IMG/VR virus record: IMGVR_UViG_2541047766_000005
Direction: 5' to 3' (one strand)
Origin: a virus
Lineage: Duplodnaviria; Heunggongvirae; Uroviricota; Caudoviricetes
DNA length: 40,812 bases
Every line of letters starts with the position of its first letter. Positions within the stretch are counted from its first letter, which is position 1. Position numbers and translations under genes: made by a program. Below are positions 17,700 to 26,555 of the stretch, piece after piece. Under the pieces are notes generated by a model. The model was not told where the DNA came from. It saw nothing but the letters and a program-made list of their open reading frames with translations, and made no database searches.

Positions 17700-17742
17700 C
17701 AGCATGATTGCCACGGATGGCAACATATTAACGGCATGATAT

Positions 17743-17770
17743 TGACTTTTTGAATAAAGTTGGGTAAATT
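17743..17770 (+). promoter_or_regulatory. Late promoter pR' (-35 TTGACT, -10 TAAATT) with downstream qut region
   Basis: TTGACT at 17743-17748 and TAAATT at 17765-17770 with 16-bp spacer, lambda-like sequence immediately after Q. Confidence 0.75.
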
Positions 17771-17911
17771 TGACCCAACGATGGGTTAATTCGCTCGTTG
17801 TGGTAGTGAGATGAAAAGAGGCGGCGCTTACTACCGATTCCGCCTAGTTGGTCACTTCGACGTATCGTCTGGAACTCCAACCATCGCAGGCTGAGAGGTC
17901 TGCAAAATGCA

Positions 17912-17969
17912 ATCCCGAAACAGTTCGCAGGTAATAGTTAGAGCCTGCATAACGGTTTCGGGATTTTTT
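17912..17969 (+). terminator. tR' terminator (3' end of the 6S late leader RNA)
   Basis: Long hairpin ATCCCGAAAC...GTTTCGGGAT followed by TTTTTT, as in lambda tR'. Confidence 0.8.
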
Positions 17970-18369
17970 ATATCTGTGCAACAGGTAAGAGCATTCTCCC
18001 TTATGGGGCTTGGCTTAAATGCACCGAGTGCTCTTTCCGTTGTGCTGAATTAAGCGAATACCGGAAGCAGAACCGGATCAACAAATGCGTACAGGCGTCA
18101 TCGCCGCCCAGCAACAGCACAACCCAAACTGAGCCGTAGCCACTGGCTATCCTGAATTCATCAGTGATAGTTACGCTGCGGCCTTCTACACATGACCTTC
18201 GTGAAAGCGGGTGGCAAGAGGCTGCGCTAACAACCTCCTGCCGTTTTGCCCGTGCATATCGGTCACGAACAAATCTGATTACTAAACACAGTAGCCTGGA
18301 TTTGTTCTATCAGTAATCGACCTTATTCCTAATTAAATAGAGCAAATCCCCTCAATGAAGGGGTAGAGC

Positions 18370-18573
18370 ATGTACCGTATGGACAAAATCAGAGAATGGT
18401 TCAGTTACAGCTTCGGAGGACTGACTGCGATGGGTGGCATTCTCTCCCTGAATGACTGGGCTGTCATCATTGGTATTCTTTGTACTGTCGGCACATTTGG
18501 CATCAACTGGTACTACAAGCGCAAAGAGCGCGAGGACAGATTGAATGGCAATGTCACCGGCACTACGAAATAG
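18370..18573 (+). CDS. Pinholin-type holin with dual start (MYRMDK)
   Basis: 67-aa ORF, two transmembrane segments (Gly/Ser-rich TMD1), Met1/Met4 dual start like phage 21 S; immediately upstream of a SAR endolysin. Confidence 0.7.
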   Translation: MYRMDKIREWFSYSFGGLTAMGGILSLNDWAVIIGILCTVGTFGINWYYKRKEREDRLNGNVTGTTK

Positions 18574-19048
18574 CGTAATAGCGGCGATAAGTGGCGGGGC
18601 TATTGCTATAGCATCTGTGTTAATCACTGGCCCAAGTGGTAACGATGGTCTGGAAGGTGTCAGTTACATACCATACAAAGATATTGTTGGCGTATGGACT
18701 GTATGTCACGGACACACCGGAAAAGACATTATGCTCGGTAAAACGTATACCGAAGCAGAATGCAAAGCCCTCCTGAATAAAGACCTCGCCACCGTCGCCA
18801 GACAAATTAACCCGTACATCAAAGTCGATATACCGGAAACAACGCGCGGCGCTCTTTACTCGTTCGTCTACAACGTGGGTGCTGGCAATTTCAGAACATC
18901 GACGCTTCTTCGCAAAATAAACCAGGGCGATATCAAGGGCGCATGTGATCAGCTACGGCGCTGGACATACGCTGGCGGTAAGCAATGGAAAGGGCTGATG
19001 ACCCGTCGTGAGATTGAGCGTGAAGTCTGTTTGTGGGGGCAACAATGA
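18545..19048 (+). CDS. SAR endolysin (lysozyme, phage 21 R-like)
   Basis: 167-aa ORF with Gly/Ala-rich signal-anchor-release N-terminus and lysozyme E-x8-D-x5-T catalytic triad ([16 protein letters not shown]). Confidence 0.88.
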   Translation: MAMSPALRNSVIAAISGGAIAIASVLITGPSGNDGLEGVSYIPYKDIVGVWTVCHGHTGKDIMLGKTYTEAECKALLNKDLATVARQINPYIKVDIPETTRGALYSFVYNVGAGNFRTSTLLRKINQGDIKGACDQLRRWTYAGGKQWKGLMTRREIEREVCLWGQQ

Positions 19049-19136
19049 GCATGATTTGCTTTTTCATGGCAGCGTTGCTCGCATTGAATGGCAACGATGC
19101 GTGGCCGTGGTTTCTGGCCGTTGGGGTGTTGATGTC

Positions 19137-19604
19137 ATGAGTCGGTTAACCGCGATTATCTCCGCTCTGGTTATCTGCATCATCGTCTGCCTGTCATGGG
19201 CTGTTAATCATTACCGTGATAACGCAATCGCCTACAAAGAACAGCGCGATAAAAAAGTCAGTGAGCTGAAGCAGGCGGCTGCCACCATTACTGACATGCA
19301 GCAGCGCCAGCGTGATGCTGATGCGCTCGATGCTAAATACACGAAGGAGTTAGCTGATGCGAAAGCTGAAAATGATGCTCTTCGGCGCAAGCTTGATAAT
19401 GGTGGCAGGGTGCTCGTCAAAGGAAAATGCCCTGTGCCATCCTCAGCCGAAACCTCCAGCGCCTCCGGCATGGGCAATGATGCCACCGTCGAACTCTCTC
19501 CAGTTGCTGGACGAAACGTTCTCGGTATCCGGGACGGAATTATCCGCGACCAAACAGCACTGAGAACGCTTCAGGAATACATCAGGACGCAATGCCTTCG
19601 ATGA
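19137..19604 (+). CDS. Rz: Rz inner-membrane spanin
   Basis: 155-aa ORF from ATG 19137 with N-terminal transmembrane helix and coiled-coil periplasmic region; Rz1 embedded in +1 frame. Confidence 0.8.
   Translation: MSRLTAIISALVICIIVCLSWAVNHYRDNAIAYKEQRDKKVSELKQAAATITDMQQRQRDADALDAKYTKELADAKAENDALRRKLDNGGRVLVKGKCPVPSSAETSSASGMGNDATVELSPVAGRNVLGIRDGIIRDQTALRTLQEYIRTQCLR
19357..19563 (+). CDS. Rz1: Rz1 outer-membrane lipoprotein spanin (embedded in Rz)
   Basis: 68-aa ORF with lipoprotein signal (LIMVAGC lipobox) and proline-rich mature region, wholly inside Rz. Confidence 0.8.
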   Translation: MRKLKMMLFGASLIMVAGCSSKENALCHPQPKPPAPPAWAMMPPSNSLQLLDETFSVSGTELSATKQH

Positions 19605-19780
19605 TAGCGATAATTTTACTCATCATCCTTCACATCTGGCTCTGTAGACAGGGTGGTGCTTACTTCTGGAGCGAATCCAGATTAAACATCTCATTGCTGA
19701 TGCTTGAATTTAAGCATATGGCGCGCGGTAAGGGGCTGCGTTGAGACAAGAGCCAGTTCATTACAAATACCAAGATTTTG

Positions 19781-19803
19781 CCTCGCATTCGCGGGGCTTT
19801 TTT
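19781..19803 (+). terminator. Candidate intrinsic terminator downstream of lysis genes
   Basis: CCTCGC-ATTC-GCGGGG hairpin (one G-U pair) followed by CTTTTTT. Confidence 0.4.
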
Positions 19804-19947
19804 ACATCTGAATTTCACCGCGCATCTCACGCGCATATTAACGAGAGCCTTTCAGTAAGCGAGCCTGAGAAATGCCGTTATAGGTGGCGACCTCTCTCGG
19901 GCGGCTTTTCTGTGAGACAGGCTCACTTTCTAAAAGGTAAAGACGCT

Positions 19948-20472
19948 ATGAATAATCCGTCAGTTATTCCGGCCTTTGACTTCCGAGAAATGGTGCAAGC
20001 TAAAAACGGAGAGGTCGTTACCACATCCAGAAAAGTTGCTACGTACTTCGGAAAGCGACACGGTGATGTGCTCAGGAAAATCGAGCAGGTTAAGGCCGAT
20101 TGCTCAAGAGAGTTTAGCCAACGCAATTTTGCGTCGGCTGATTATATCGATGAGCAGGGTAAGGTTCGCCCGATGTATAGCCTGACGAAAGATGGCTGGA
20201 TCATGGTTGTTATGGGATTCACCGGGAAAGCTGCTGCGGCTATCAAAGAAAGCTACATTTCAGCGTTCAACTGGATGTCTGAGCAACTTAGCCGTCGCCT
20301 GGCCATGGGTGAAGAAATGCAGCACCGCTACGCCATCAAAGAAACGCGCTCAAAGTTGAAGGGAACGATCGGTAGCCGGTTGATGAATGAGCGGAAGAAA
20401 GAGAAGCGCGTTCTTGAGCTAGAGCATGAGCACATCATGCAGGTGACGCAGCCAGAATTGCTGATTGGCTGA
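19948..20472 (+). CDS. rha: Rha-family phage regulatory protein
   Basis: 174-aa ORF from ATG 19948; VATYFGKRHGDVLRKIE motif typical of Rha; same position as rha in P22; track ORF has a TTG-initiated extension that spans the terminator-like hairpin. Confidence 0.7.
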   Translation: MNNPSVIPAFDFREMVQAKNGEVVTTSRKVATYFGKRHGDVLRKIEQVKADCSREFSQRNFASADYIDEQGKVRPMYSLTKDGWIMVVMGFTGKAAAAIKESYISAFNWMSEQLSRRLAMGEEMQHRYAIKETRSKLKGTIGSRLMNERKKEKRVLELEHEHIMQVTQPELLIG

Positions 20473-20538
20473 TTGACATTACAGAAACTCTTCACTGAGG
20501 TGCTTGGACAATGGCGCACCTAACGATGCGCCTAAAAC

Positions 20539-20799
20539 TCAACCCCTGTTGAAATTCTCTTTTGCTTCATTAATGAGATCTGAAGCGATCCGAAAGCTAT
20601 TAGGGTTGGAATTGCTAATCAAACCTTTAACTGTTTCTTCTAATTCAATCAGCGCCTGATTGCTGTGCGCAGACCTTGCAACGTTAGTCAATAAGGCAAC
20701 CAAAATTGCCTCATGGGCAATGGCATGTTCTTTATCAGTTGTTTCTATGCGAAGCGGGCTGTTGGATGATCGTAGGCTTGTTTGGTTGAACGAAGACAT
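20539..20799 (-). CDS. Hypothetical protein, antisense to late operon
   Basis: 86-aa ORF with AGGAGG SD 4-5 nt upstream of ATG; convergent with rha. Confidence 0.55.
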   Translation of the reverse strand: MSSFNQTSLRSSNSPLRIETTDKEHAIAHEAILVALLTNVARSAHSNQALIELEETVKGLISNSNPNSFRIASDLINEAKENFNRG

Positions 20800-20852
20800 T
20801 CTTCCTCCTATATGTCATTGGTAATTTTAACCGCCTTTGAAGGTATAACACT

Positions 20853-21059
20853 ATGTCCGACATCTACCAAATCACGCTAACCACCCAAACAGGCGAAACC
20901 TTCACTGGCAAGATGTCACGACGTCAGCATGAGCTGGTTAATGGCTTTGTGCCGCTGGCGACCGAGACAGGCGAGTAGCTGTACTTTGCTCCTGGTGATG
21001 CGAAGCGCGTGCAGTTCACGCCAGTAGCGGCAGGACAGACAGAGCAAACGACGGAGTAA
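20853..21059 (+). pseudogene. Small ORF interrupted by an in-frame amber codon (TAG at 20976-20978)
   Basis: ATG 20853 opens MSDIYQITLTTQTGETFTGKMSRRQHELVNGFVPLATETGE, then TAG, and the same frame continues for 26 codons to TAA. Confidence 0.3.
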
Positions 21060-21156
21060 CCTATGGCTAACGATGGAGAGCCTAGGTAATGTCCGCCAAT
21101 TATCTTTCCCGACTCTGGCAACTGGCATCCATGAGCCTTTTTACATATGCTGAGTA

Positions 21157-22062
21157 TTAACTGATATATCCATGAGCTTTGAGATAATTTTCTGCAATAA
21201 TCATACCTACTGGATTGATGACTAGTGAGTCAAGTTCTGTAAGGGTTGAAATACCAAAAGAGTCGAGAACTAATTTTGTAGCTGGGAATGCTTCATAAAA
21301 TGATGCATCAGATGTAAGAGTGTCATAACCCGTTCTTTTTGATAATAACTCTAAGTAATTGATATTATATATTTTATCTGAGAAAAATACGCCTTTAATT
21401 TCTAATAGCTGCTGATTTAGGCGTTTGAGGGTGAAATGTTCTCCAAGAAATTTTATATAATCTGTTTCATAAACAGCATACATTGACCTATGGATCATGT
21501 AATTTTCTTCCAAGGAAATGTTAGGTAGTGAAAAATGAGTACTTTTTTTCTCTGCAAGTTCTGTGATATTTATACTTCCTACCATCTTATTGATTGAACG
21601 TAAAAAATATACAAATGCCAAAAACTTAATATCATTAGTGGTCAGTCTGGATGTTGTATCTAACGCTTGATCGATCAAAATGCTTTGGTCTTCTTGATCG
21701 TTTTCAATTTTAGTAACTATTAACTCCTTAAGAAGTTCTGATTTTGCATCAAACCCCTTTCTTGCGACCTGAACGACTGCTTGATTGAGGGTGTACTGAA
21801 TATCGGGATCAGCGAGTTTTGCTCTTAGTTTTTCATCAACATCTTTAGATAGTTTTTCTGCAATTTGGTGACCAAATTCTTGAGCCCGTGAGTCGACTAA
21901 AGCGAATGCATCTTCACGAAGCGAAGCCATTTCACTTTTGACCATTAACTGGCAAATAGCCATGACCTCAGTAGTGGTGTTGCCAAAGTAGGCATCACCG
22001 GTAACTTGTATAGCTGAGGAGTTATCACCCACACTTTGACCGGATTTCTCGAATAAGCTCAT
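21157..22062 (-). CDS. Unknown-function 301-aa protein of an AT-rich antisense accessory cassette (candidate defence/exclusion effector)
   Basis: Long ORF in strongly AT-rich DNA, opposite to the late operon, between lysis module and terminase; ATGA overlap with upstream small membrane gene; no P-loop, HEPN or other motif I can recognise. Confidence 0.7.
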   Translation of the reverse strand: MSLFEKSGQSVGDNSSAIQVTGDAYFGNTTTEVMAICQLMVKSEMASLREDAFALVDSRAQEFGHQIAEKLSKDVDEKLRAKLADPDIQYTLNQAVVQVARKGFDAKSELLKELIVTKIENDQEDQSILIDQALDTTSRLTTNDIKFLAFVYFLRSINKMVGSINITELAEKKSTHFSLPNISLEENYMIHRSMYAVYETDYIKFLGEHFTLKRLNQQLLEIKGVFFSDKIYNINYLELLSKRTGYDTLTSDASFYEAFPATKLVLDSFGISTLTELDSLVINPVGMIIAENYLKAHGYIS

Positions 22063-22304
22063 TCTTTGTCCCTTTCATTAATAGTTATGTTGCCACCAAT
22101 TTGTATACCGCTAGAGTTATCGCCGATTGTTTGGCTAACACCTTGCTCTTTAGCTTTGTTGCTTTTTAGATTTGCTAAGGCTGTTAGAAAAACGACCAAA
22201 CTCGCTAATGCTGCTAGCGCTGTGGATAATGTTTGACTGGTTATGGCTTGATAGCCAAAGCCTAAAGCCGAACAAAAAGATACAAATACGATTAATTTTC
22301 TCAC
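22059..22304 (-). CDS. Small membrane protein of the same accessory cassette
   Basis: GTG start at 22304 6 nt after GGAG (track ORF starts at ATG 22361 inside the terS start region); two hydrophobic segments; C-terminal GDNSSGIQIGGN motif echoed at the N-terminus of the 301-aa partner. Confidence 0.6.
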   Translation of the reverse strand: MRKLIVFVSFCSALGFGYQAITSQTLSTALAALASLVVFLTALANLKSNKAKEQGVSQTIGDNSSGIQIGGNITINERDKE

Positions 22305-22325
22305 GAAAATCTCCAGAGATAAAAC

Positions 22326-22853
22326 ATGGCACTTACTGACAAGCAAGAAATGTTCTGTCACGAGTACCTCATCGATTTAAACGCCACGCAAGCGGCTATT
22401 CGTGCGGGGTACAGCGCAAAGACAGCTAACCGTACCGCATCCGAAAACCTGTCAAAACCTGACATCAAGTTAAGAATCGCCGAACTGAAAGCGCAACGCA
22501 ATGATCTTGTTGGTATTAATGCAGAATATGTACTTAATCGCCTTCTTGAAATCGACCAGATGGATGTGCTCGACATTCTTCTGCAAAACGGTGAGTTAAA
22601 GCCCATTAAAGACTGGCCTAAGGTATGGCGCACAACGCTATCAGGAATGGATGTTGTGGAGATGGTATCCGCAGATAGTGCCGCACTTCTGAAGAAAATC
22701 AAATGGCCTGATAAGGTTAAAAACCTCGAACTTCTTGGTAAGCATGTTTCTGTTCAGGCATTTAAAGAACAATCTTCTCACGAGCTAACCGGCAAAGACG
22801 GCGGCGCAATCCAGATAGAAACATCACCGATGAGCACTCTATTCGGAAAATGA
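22326..22853 (+). CDS. Terminase small subunit (Terminase_2-type)
   Basis: 175-aa ORF, N-terminal LTDKQEMFCHEYLIDLNATQAAIRAGYS typical of small terminase subunits; overlaps large subunit start. Confidence 0.8.
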   Translation: MALTDKQEMFCHEYLIDLNATQAAIRAGYSAKTANRTASENLSKPDIKLRIAELKAQRNDLVGINAEYVLNRLLEIDQMDVLDILLQNGELKPIKDWPKVWRTTLSGMDVVEMVSADSAALLKKIKWPDKVKNLELLGKHVSVQAFKEQSSHELTGKDGGAIQIETSPMSTLFGK

Positions 22854-24265
22854 CCACGATTAATCCTATCTTTGAACCGTTCATTGAGGCGCATCGCTAC
22901 AAAGTCGCCAAAGGCGGTCGAGGTAGCGGTAAATCATGGGCAATTGCGAGACTGCTTGTTGAAGCGGCGCGTCGGCAGCCGGTGCGTATTCTCTGCGCTC
23001 GCGAACTGCAAAACAGTATCAGCGATTCGGTAATCCGGTTGCTTGAAGATACCATCGAGCGTGAAGGGTATTCGGCTGAGTTTGAAATTCAGCGTTCCAT
23101 GATTCGTCATCTCGGAACGAATGCTGAGTTCATGTTCTACGGCATCAAAAACAACCCGACGAAGATTAAATCGCTCGAAGGCATTGATATCTGCTGGGTG
23201 GAAGAAGCGGAAGCGGTAACGAAGGAATCATGGGATATCCTGATCCCAACCATCCGTAAGCCGTTCTCTGAAATATGGGTGAGCTTTAACCCGAAGAACA
23301 TCCTCGACGATACCTATCAGCGATTCGTCGTAAATCCTCCCGATGATATTTGCCTGCTGACGGTGAACTACACCGACAACCCGCACTTTCCTGAAGTTCT
23401 CCGTCTGGAGATGGAAGAGTGCAAACGCAGAAATCCGACACTGTATCGTCACATCTGGCTTGGTGAGCCAGTAAGCGCAAGTGATATGGCAATCATCAAA
23501 CGTGAATGGCTTGAAGCCGCAACCGATGCGCACAAGAAACTCGGATGGAAAGCGAAAGGCGCTGTTGTCTCTGCGCATGACCCGTCAGATACAGGACCGG
23601 ATGCTAAAGGTTATGCATCGCGCCACGGTTCGGTAGTTAAACGCATTGCCGAAGGCCTGCTGATGGACATCAACGAGGGTGCTGACTGGGCTACTTCTCT
23701 GGCGATTGAAGACGGCGCTGACCACTACCTGTGGGATGGTGATGGTGTCGGTGCAGGGCTACGCAGACAGACAACGGAAGCGTTCTCCGGCAAGAAAATC
23801 ACCGCCACGATGTTCAAGGGAAGCGAATCGCCATTTGATGAAGATGCACCGTATCAGGCCGGAGCATGGGCTGATGAAGTCGTACAGGGTGACAACGTTC
23901 GTACTATTGGCGATGTATTCCGCAATAAGCGAGCGCAATTCTATTACGCACTGGCTGACAGGCTGTATCTGACATATCGGGCGGTTGTCCACGGTGAGTA
24001 TGCAGACCCCGACGACATGCTGAGCTTCGACAAAGAAGCGATAGGCGAGAAGATGCTGGAGAAGCTGTTTGCAGAACTGACGCAGATTCAGCGCAAATTC
24101 AATAACAACGGGAAGCTGGAGCTAATGACTAAGGTCGAAATGAAGCAGAAGCTCGGTATTCCATCTCCTAACCTGGCTGATGCACTGATGATGTGTATGC
24201 ATTGCCCGGAGTCGGCTGCGCAACCCGACTATTCCAGTTACTCAATTCCTTGTGGTGTAGGTTGA
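22850..24265 (+). CDS. Terminase large subunit (headful-packaging, Sf6/P22-like)
   Basis: 471-aa ORF with Walker A GRGSGKS and nuclease domain; N-terminus recalled as near-identical to Sf6 large terminase. Confidence 0.9.
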   Translation: MTTINPIFEPFIEAHRYKVAKGGRGSGKSWAIARLLVEAARRQPVRILCARELQNSISDSVIRLLEDTIEREGYSAEFEIQRSMIRHLGTNAEFMFYGIKNNPTKIKSLEGIDICWVEEAEAVTKESWDILIPTIRKPFSEIWVSFNPKNILDDTYQRFVVNPPDDICLLTVNYTDNPHFPEVLRLEMEECKRRNPTLYRHIWLGEPVSASDMAIIKREWLEAATDAHKKLGWKAKGAVVSAHDPSDTGPDAKGYASRHGSVVKRIAEGLLMDINEGADWATSLAIEDGADHYLWDGDGVGAGLRRQTTEAFSGKKITATMFKGSESPFDEDAPYQAGAWADEVVQGDNVRTIGDVFRNKRAQFYYALADRLYLTYRAVVHGEYADPDDMLSFDKEAIGEKMLEKLFAELTQIQRKFNNNGKLELMTKVEMKQKLGIPSPNLADALMMCMHCPESAAQPDYSSYSIPCGVG

Positions 24266-24266
24266 T

Positions 24267-26465
24267 ATGGCAGAAAAAAAGATGACTGACTGGCATCGCA
24301 AGGTGCTGTGCAACTTTGATAATGCCTGGTCAGCAACGCAGGATATGCGTGAGCAGATTATTGAGGCTCAACGTTTCGTCCGGGTGTCCGGCGCACAGTG
24401 GGAAGGCAGCACAAACGCTGGTTACTCATTTGATGAAGGCAGGTTTGAGCATTATCCGCGTTTTGAACTGAATAAGATTGCCCGTGAATGTGATCGCATC
24501 ATTGGCGAGTATCGACAGAATCGCATCAGCGTTAAATTCAGACCGAAGGACGATAAGGCATCGGAAGCGTTAGCCGAAAAGATGAACGGAAAATTCCGCG
24601 CTGACTATCAGGAAACATCCGGTGGCGAAGCGTGTGATAACGCATTTGATGATGCTGTAACGGGCGGATTCGGTTGTTTCCGCATGTGTGCCGATTACGA
24701 AGATGAAATGGATCCGAGTAACGAGCAACGCCGTATAAGCCTTCTCCCGGTTTACGACCCAGCGACATGCGTCTTCTTCGATCAGGACAGCAAGCAATAT
24801 GACCGCTCTGATGCTATGTGGGCTATGGAAATGTTCTCCATGACGCCTAAAGCGTTCGAGGCTGAATACCCTGATTCCATCGCGGCAAGTCTTTCTCGTG
24901 ATGACACTGGCACTCAATATGACTGGTCAACTCCTGATGCTATCTATGTTGGTCGCTACTACGAAGTTCGCATAGAGAAGGTGAAGCTCACAGCATGGCG
25001 TAACCCTGTTAGCGGAGAAACGGCAATCTATGATGAAGAGCAAATCAAAGATATTGTCGACGAGCTGACCGATGGTGCATTCGAACTGATTGGTGAGCGG
25101 ACAGTGAAGAAACGCCGAGTTTATTGCGGTCTTCTGTCTGGCGCTGAATGGCTGGAAGAACCGAAGCGTATTCCGGGCGAACATATTCCTCTCATCCCGG
25201 TATATGGGCGTCGTTCATTTGTTGATAATCAGGAGCGAATCGAAGGCCACGCAGCAAAAGCGATGGATGCACAGCGTCTTGAGAACCTGATGGTTTCCAT
25301 GATTGCAGATAACGCTACTCAGGCTGGCGGTGATGGCATTCCTGTAGTTGATGCTGACATGATTCCTGGTCCTCTCGCCACTCATTGGGCGGAGCGCAAC
25401 AAAAAGCGCCCGGCGTTCCTGCCGATGGTCAGTCTGAAAAACAAAAACGGAGATATTACTGCGCAGGCTCAGGTCAGCAGTTATACGCCTCCGACACAAA
25501 TGCCTCCAGCTCTTGCCGGGCTATTGCAGTACACCGGAACGGCTATTCAGCAAATTACAGGTGCGTCGCAGCTTGAGAACATGCCGAGCAACGTCGCCAC
25601 CGATACCGTTGATAGCATCTTTAACCGGATGGACACGCAGTCCTATATCTACATGGACAACATGGCTAAATCCATGCGCCGCGCTGGCGTCGTGTGGCTT
25701 TCTATGGCTCGTGAAGTCTATGGCAGTGATACGCCGATGCGTGTCGTTAATGAGGACGGCAGCGATGACGTGGCGCTGATGACTGGTGAAGTGGTTGACC
25801 GTCAGACAGGGCAGGTTATCGCGCTTAACGACCTTTCGCAGGGTAACTATGAAGTGACTGTCGATGTCGGTCAGTCGTTCGCTACTCGCCGTGATGCAAC
25901 GGTTAAGTCGTTACTTTCCATGCTGGCACTTATCCCGCCCGGAACGCCGAAACACGACCTTGTGTCGTCTCTTATTCTCGACAATATGGACGGCGAAGGG
26001 ATGGACGACCTGAAAGAATACAACCGCAATCAGTTGATTCTGTCTGGAGTTATCAAGCCGAGAACGCCAGAAGAACAGCAGATGGTTGAGCAGGCGAAAC
26101 AACAACAGGCCAGTCAGCCGGATCCGGCTATGATTGCAGCGCAAGGTCAGCTTCTTGCTGGTCAGGCTGAATTGCAGAAAGCGCAGAACGAACAAGCAGC
26201 CATTCAGGTTAAAGCATTCCAGGCACAGACGGATGCTCAGGTTGCTGCGGCAAATGTTGTGAAAATCCTCGCATCTGCCGATAGCCAGCAAAAATCTGAT
26301 ATCCGTGAGGCGCTGAAACTGCTCGGACAGTTCCAGCAACAGCAAGGAGATAATGCCCGTGCTGATGCAGAGCTTGTCCTGAAAAGTCAGGCGCAGGGCC
26401 ATGCGCAGCGCATGGACATCAGCAGCATCCTGCAAAAATCAACTCAGCAACAACCACAGCAGTAA
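24267..26465 (+). CDS. Portal protein (P22 gp1-like, with long C-terminal helical barrel)
   Basis: 732-aa ORF; conserved blocks shared with P22 portal (GEHIPLIPVYG, Q-rich C-terminus ending RMDISSILQ). Confidence 0.9.
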   Translation: MAEKKMTDWHRKVLCNFDNAWSATQDMREQIIEAQRFVRVSGAQWEGSTNAGYSFDEGRFEHYPRFELNKIARECDRIIGEYRQNRISVKFRPKDDKASEALAEKMNGKFRADYQETSGGEACDNAFDDAVTGGFGCFRMCADYEDEMDPSNEQRRISLLPVYDPATCVFFDQDSKQYDRSDAMWAMEMFSMTPKAFEAEYPDSIAASLSRDDTGTQYDWSTPDAIYVGRYYEVRIEKVKLTAWRNPVSGETAIYDEEQIKDIVDELTDGAFELIGERTVKKRRVYCGLLSGAEWLEEPKRIPGEHIPLIPVYGRRSFVDNQERIEGHAAKAMDAQRLENLMVSMIADNATQAGGDGIPVVDADMIPGPLATHWAERNKKRPAFLPMVSLKNKNGDITAQAQVSSYTPPTQMPPALAGLLQYTGTAIQQITGASQLENMPSNVATDTVDSIFNRMDTQSYIYMDNMAKSMRRAGVVWLSMAREVYGSDTPMRVVNEDGSDDVALMTGEVVDRQTGQVIALNDLSQGNYEVTVDVGQSFATRRDATVKSLLSMLALIPPGTPKHDLVSSLILDNMDGEGMDDLKEYNRNQLILSGVIKPRTPEEQQMVEQAKQQQASQPDPAMIAAQGQLLAGQAELQKAQNEQAAIQVKAFQAQTDAQVAAANVVKILASADSQQKSDIREALKLLGQFQQQQGDNARADAELVLKSQAQGHAQRMDISSILQKSTQQQPQQ

Positions 26466-26555
26466 TTAACCCATAACGTGCAATGGCTGTCTTTATGAGG
26501 CCTGGCACCCTATTGCCTTCCGATGGGCTGAACATCGAGTAAACAGGGGTAACAA

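Noticed and set aside
19741-19947. TTG-initiated N-terminal extension of the Rha ORF
   Set aside because: It begins at a non-ATG codon, spans a terminator-like hairpin and lacks Rha similarity; the ATG at 19948 with an upstream purine-rich site is the plausible start.
19605-22325. Searched for a cos site or lambda Nu1/A-type terminase upstream of the packaging genes
   Set aside because: The terminase is the headful (pac) type, so no cos is expected; no 12-nt cohesive-end-like GC-rich motif stood out.
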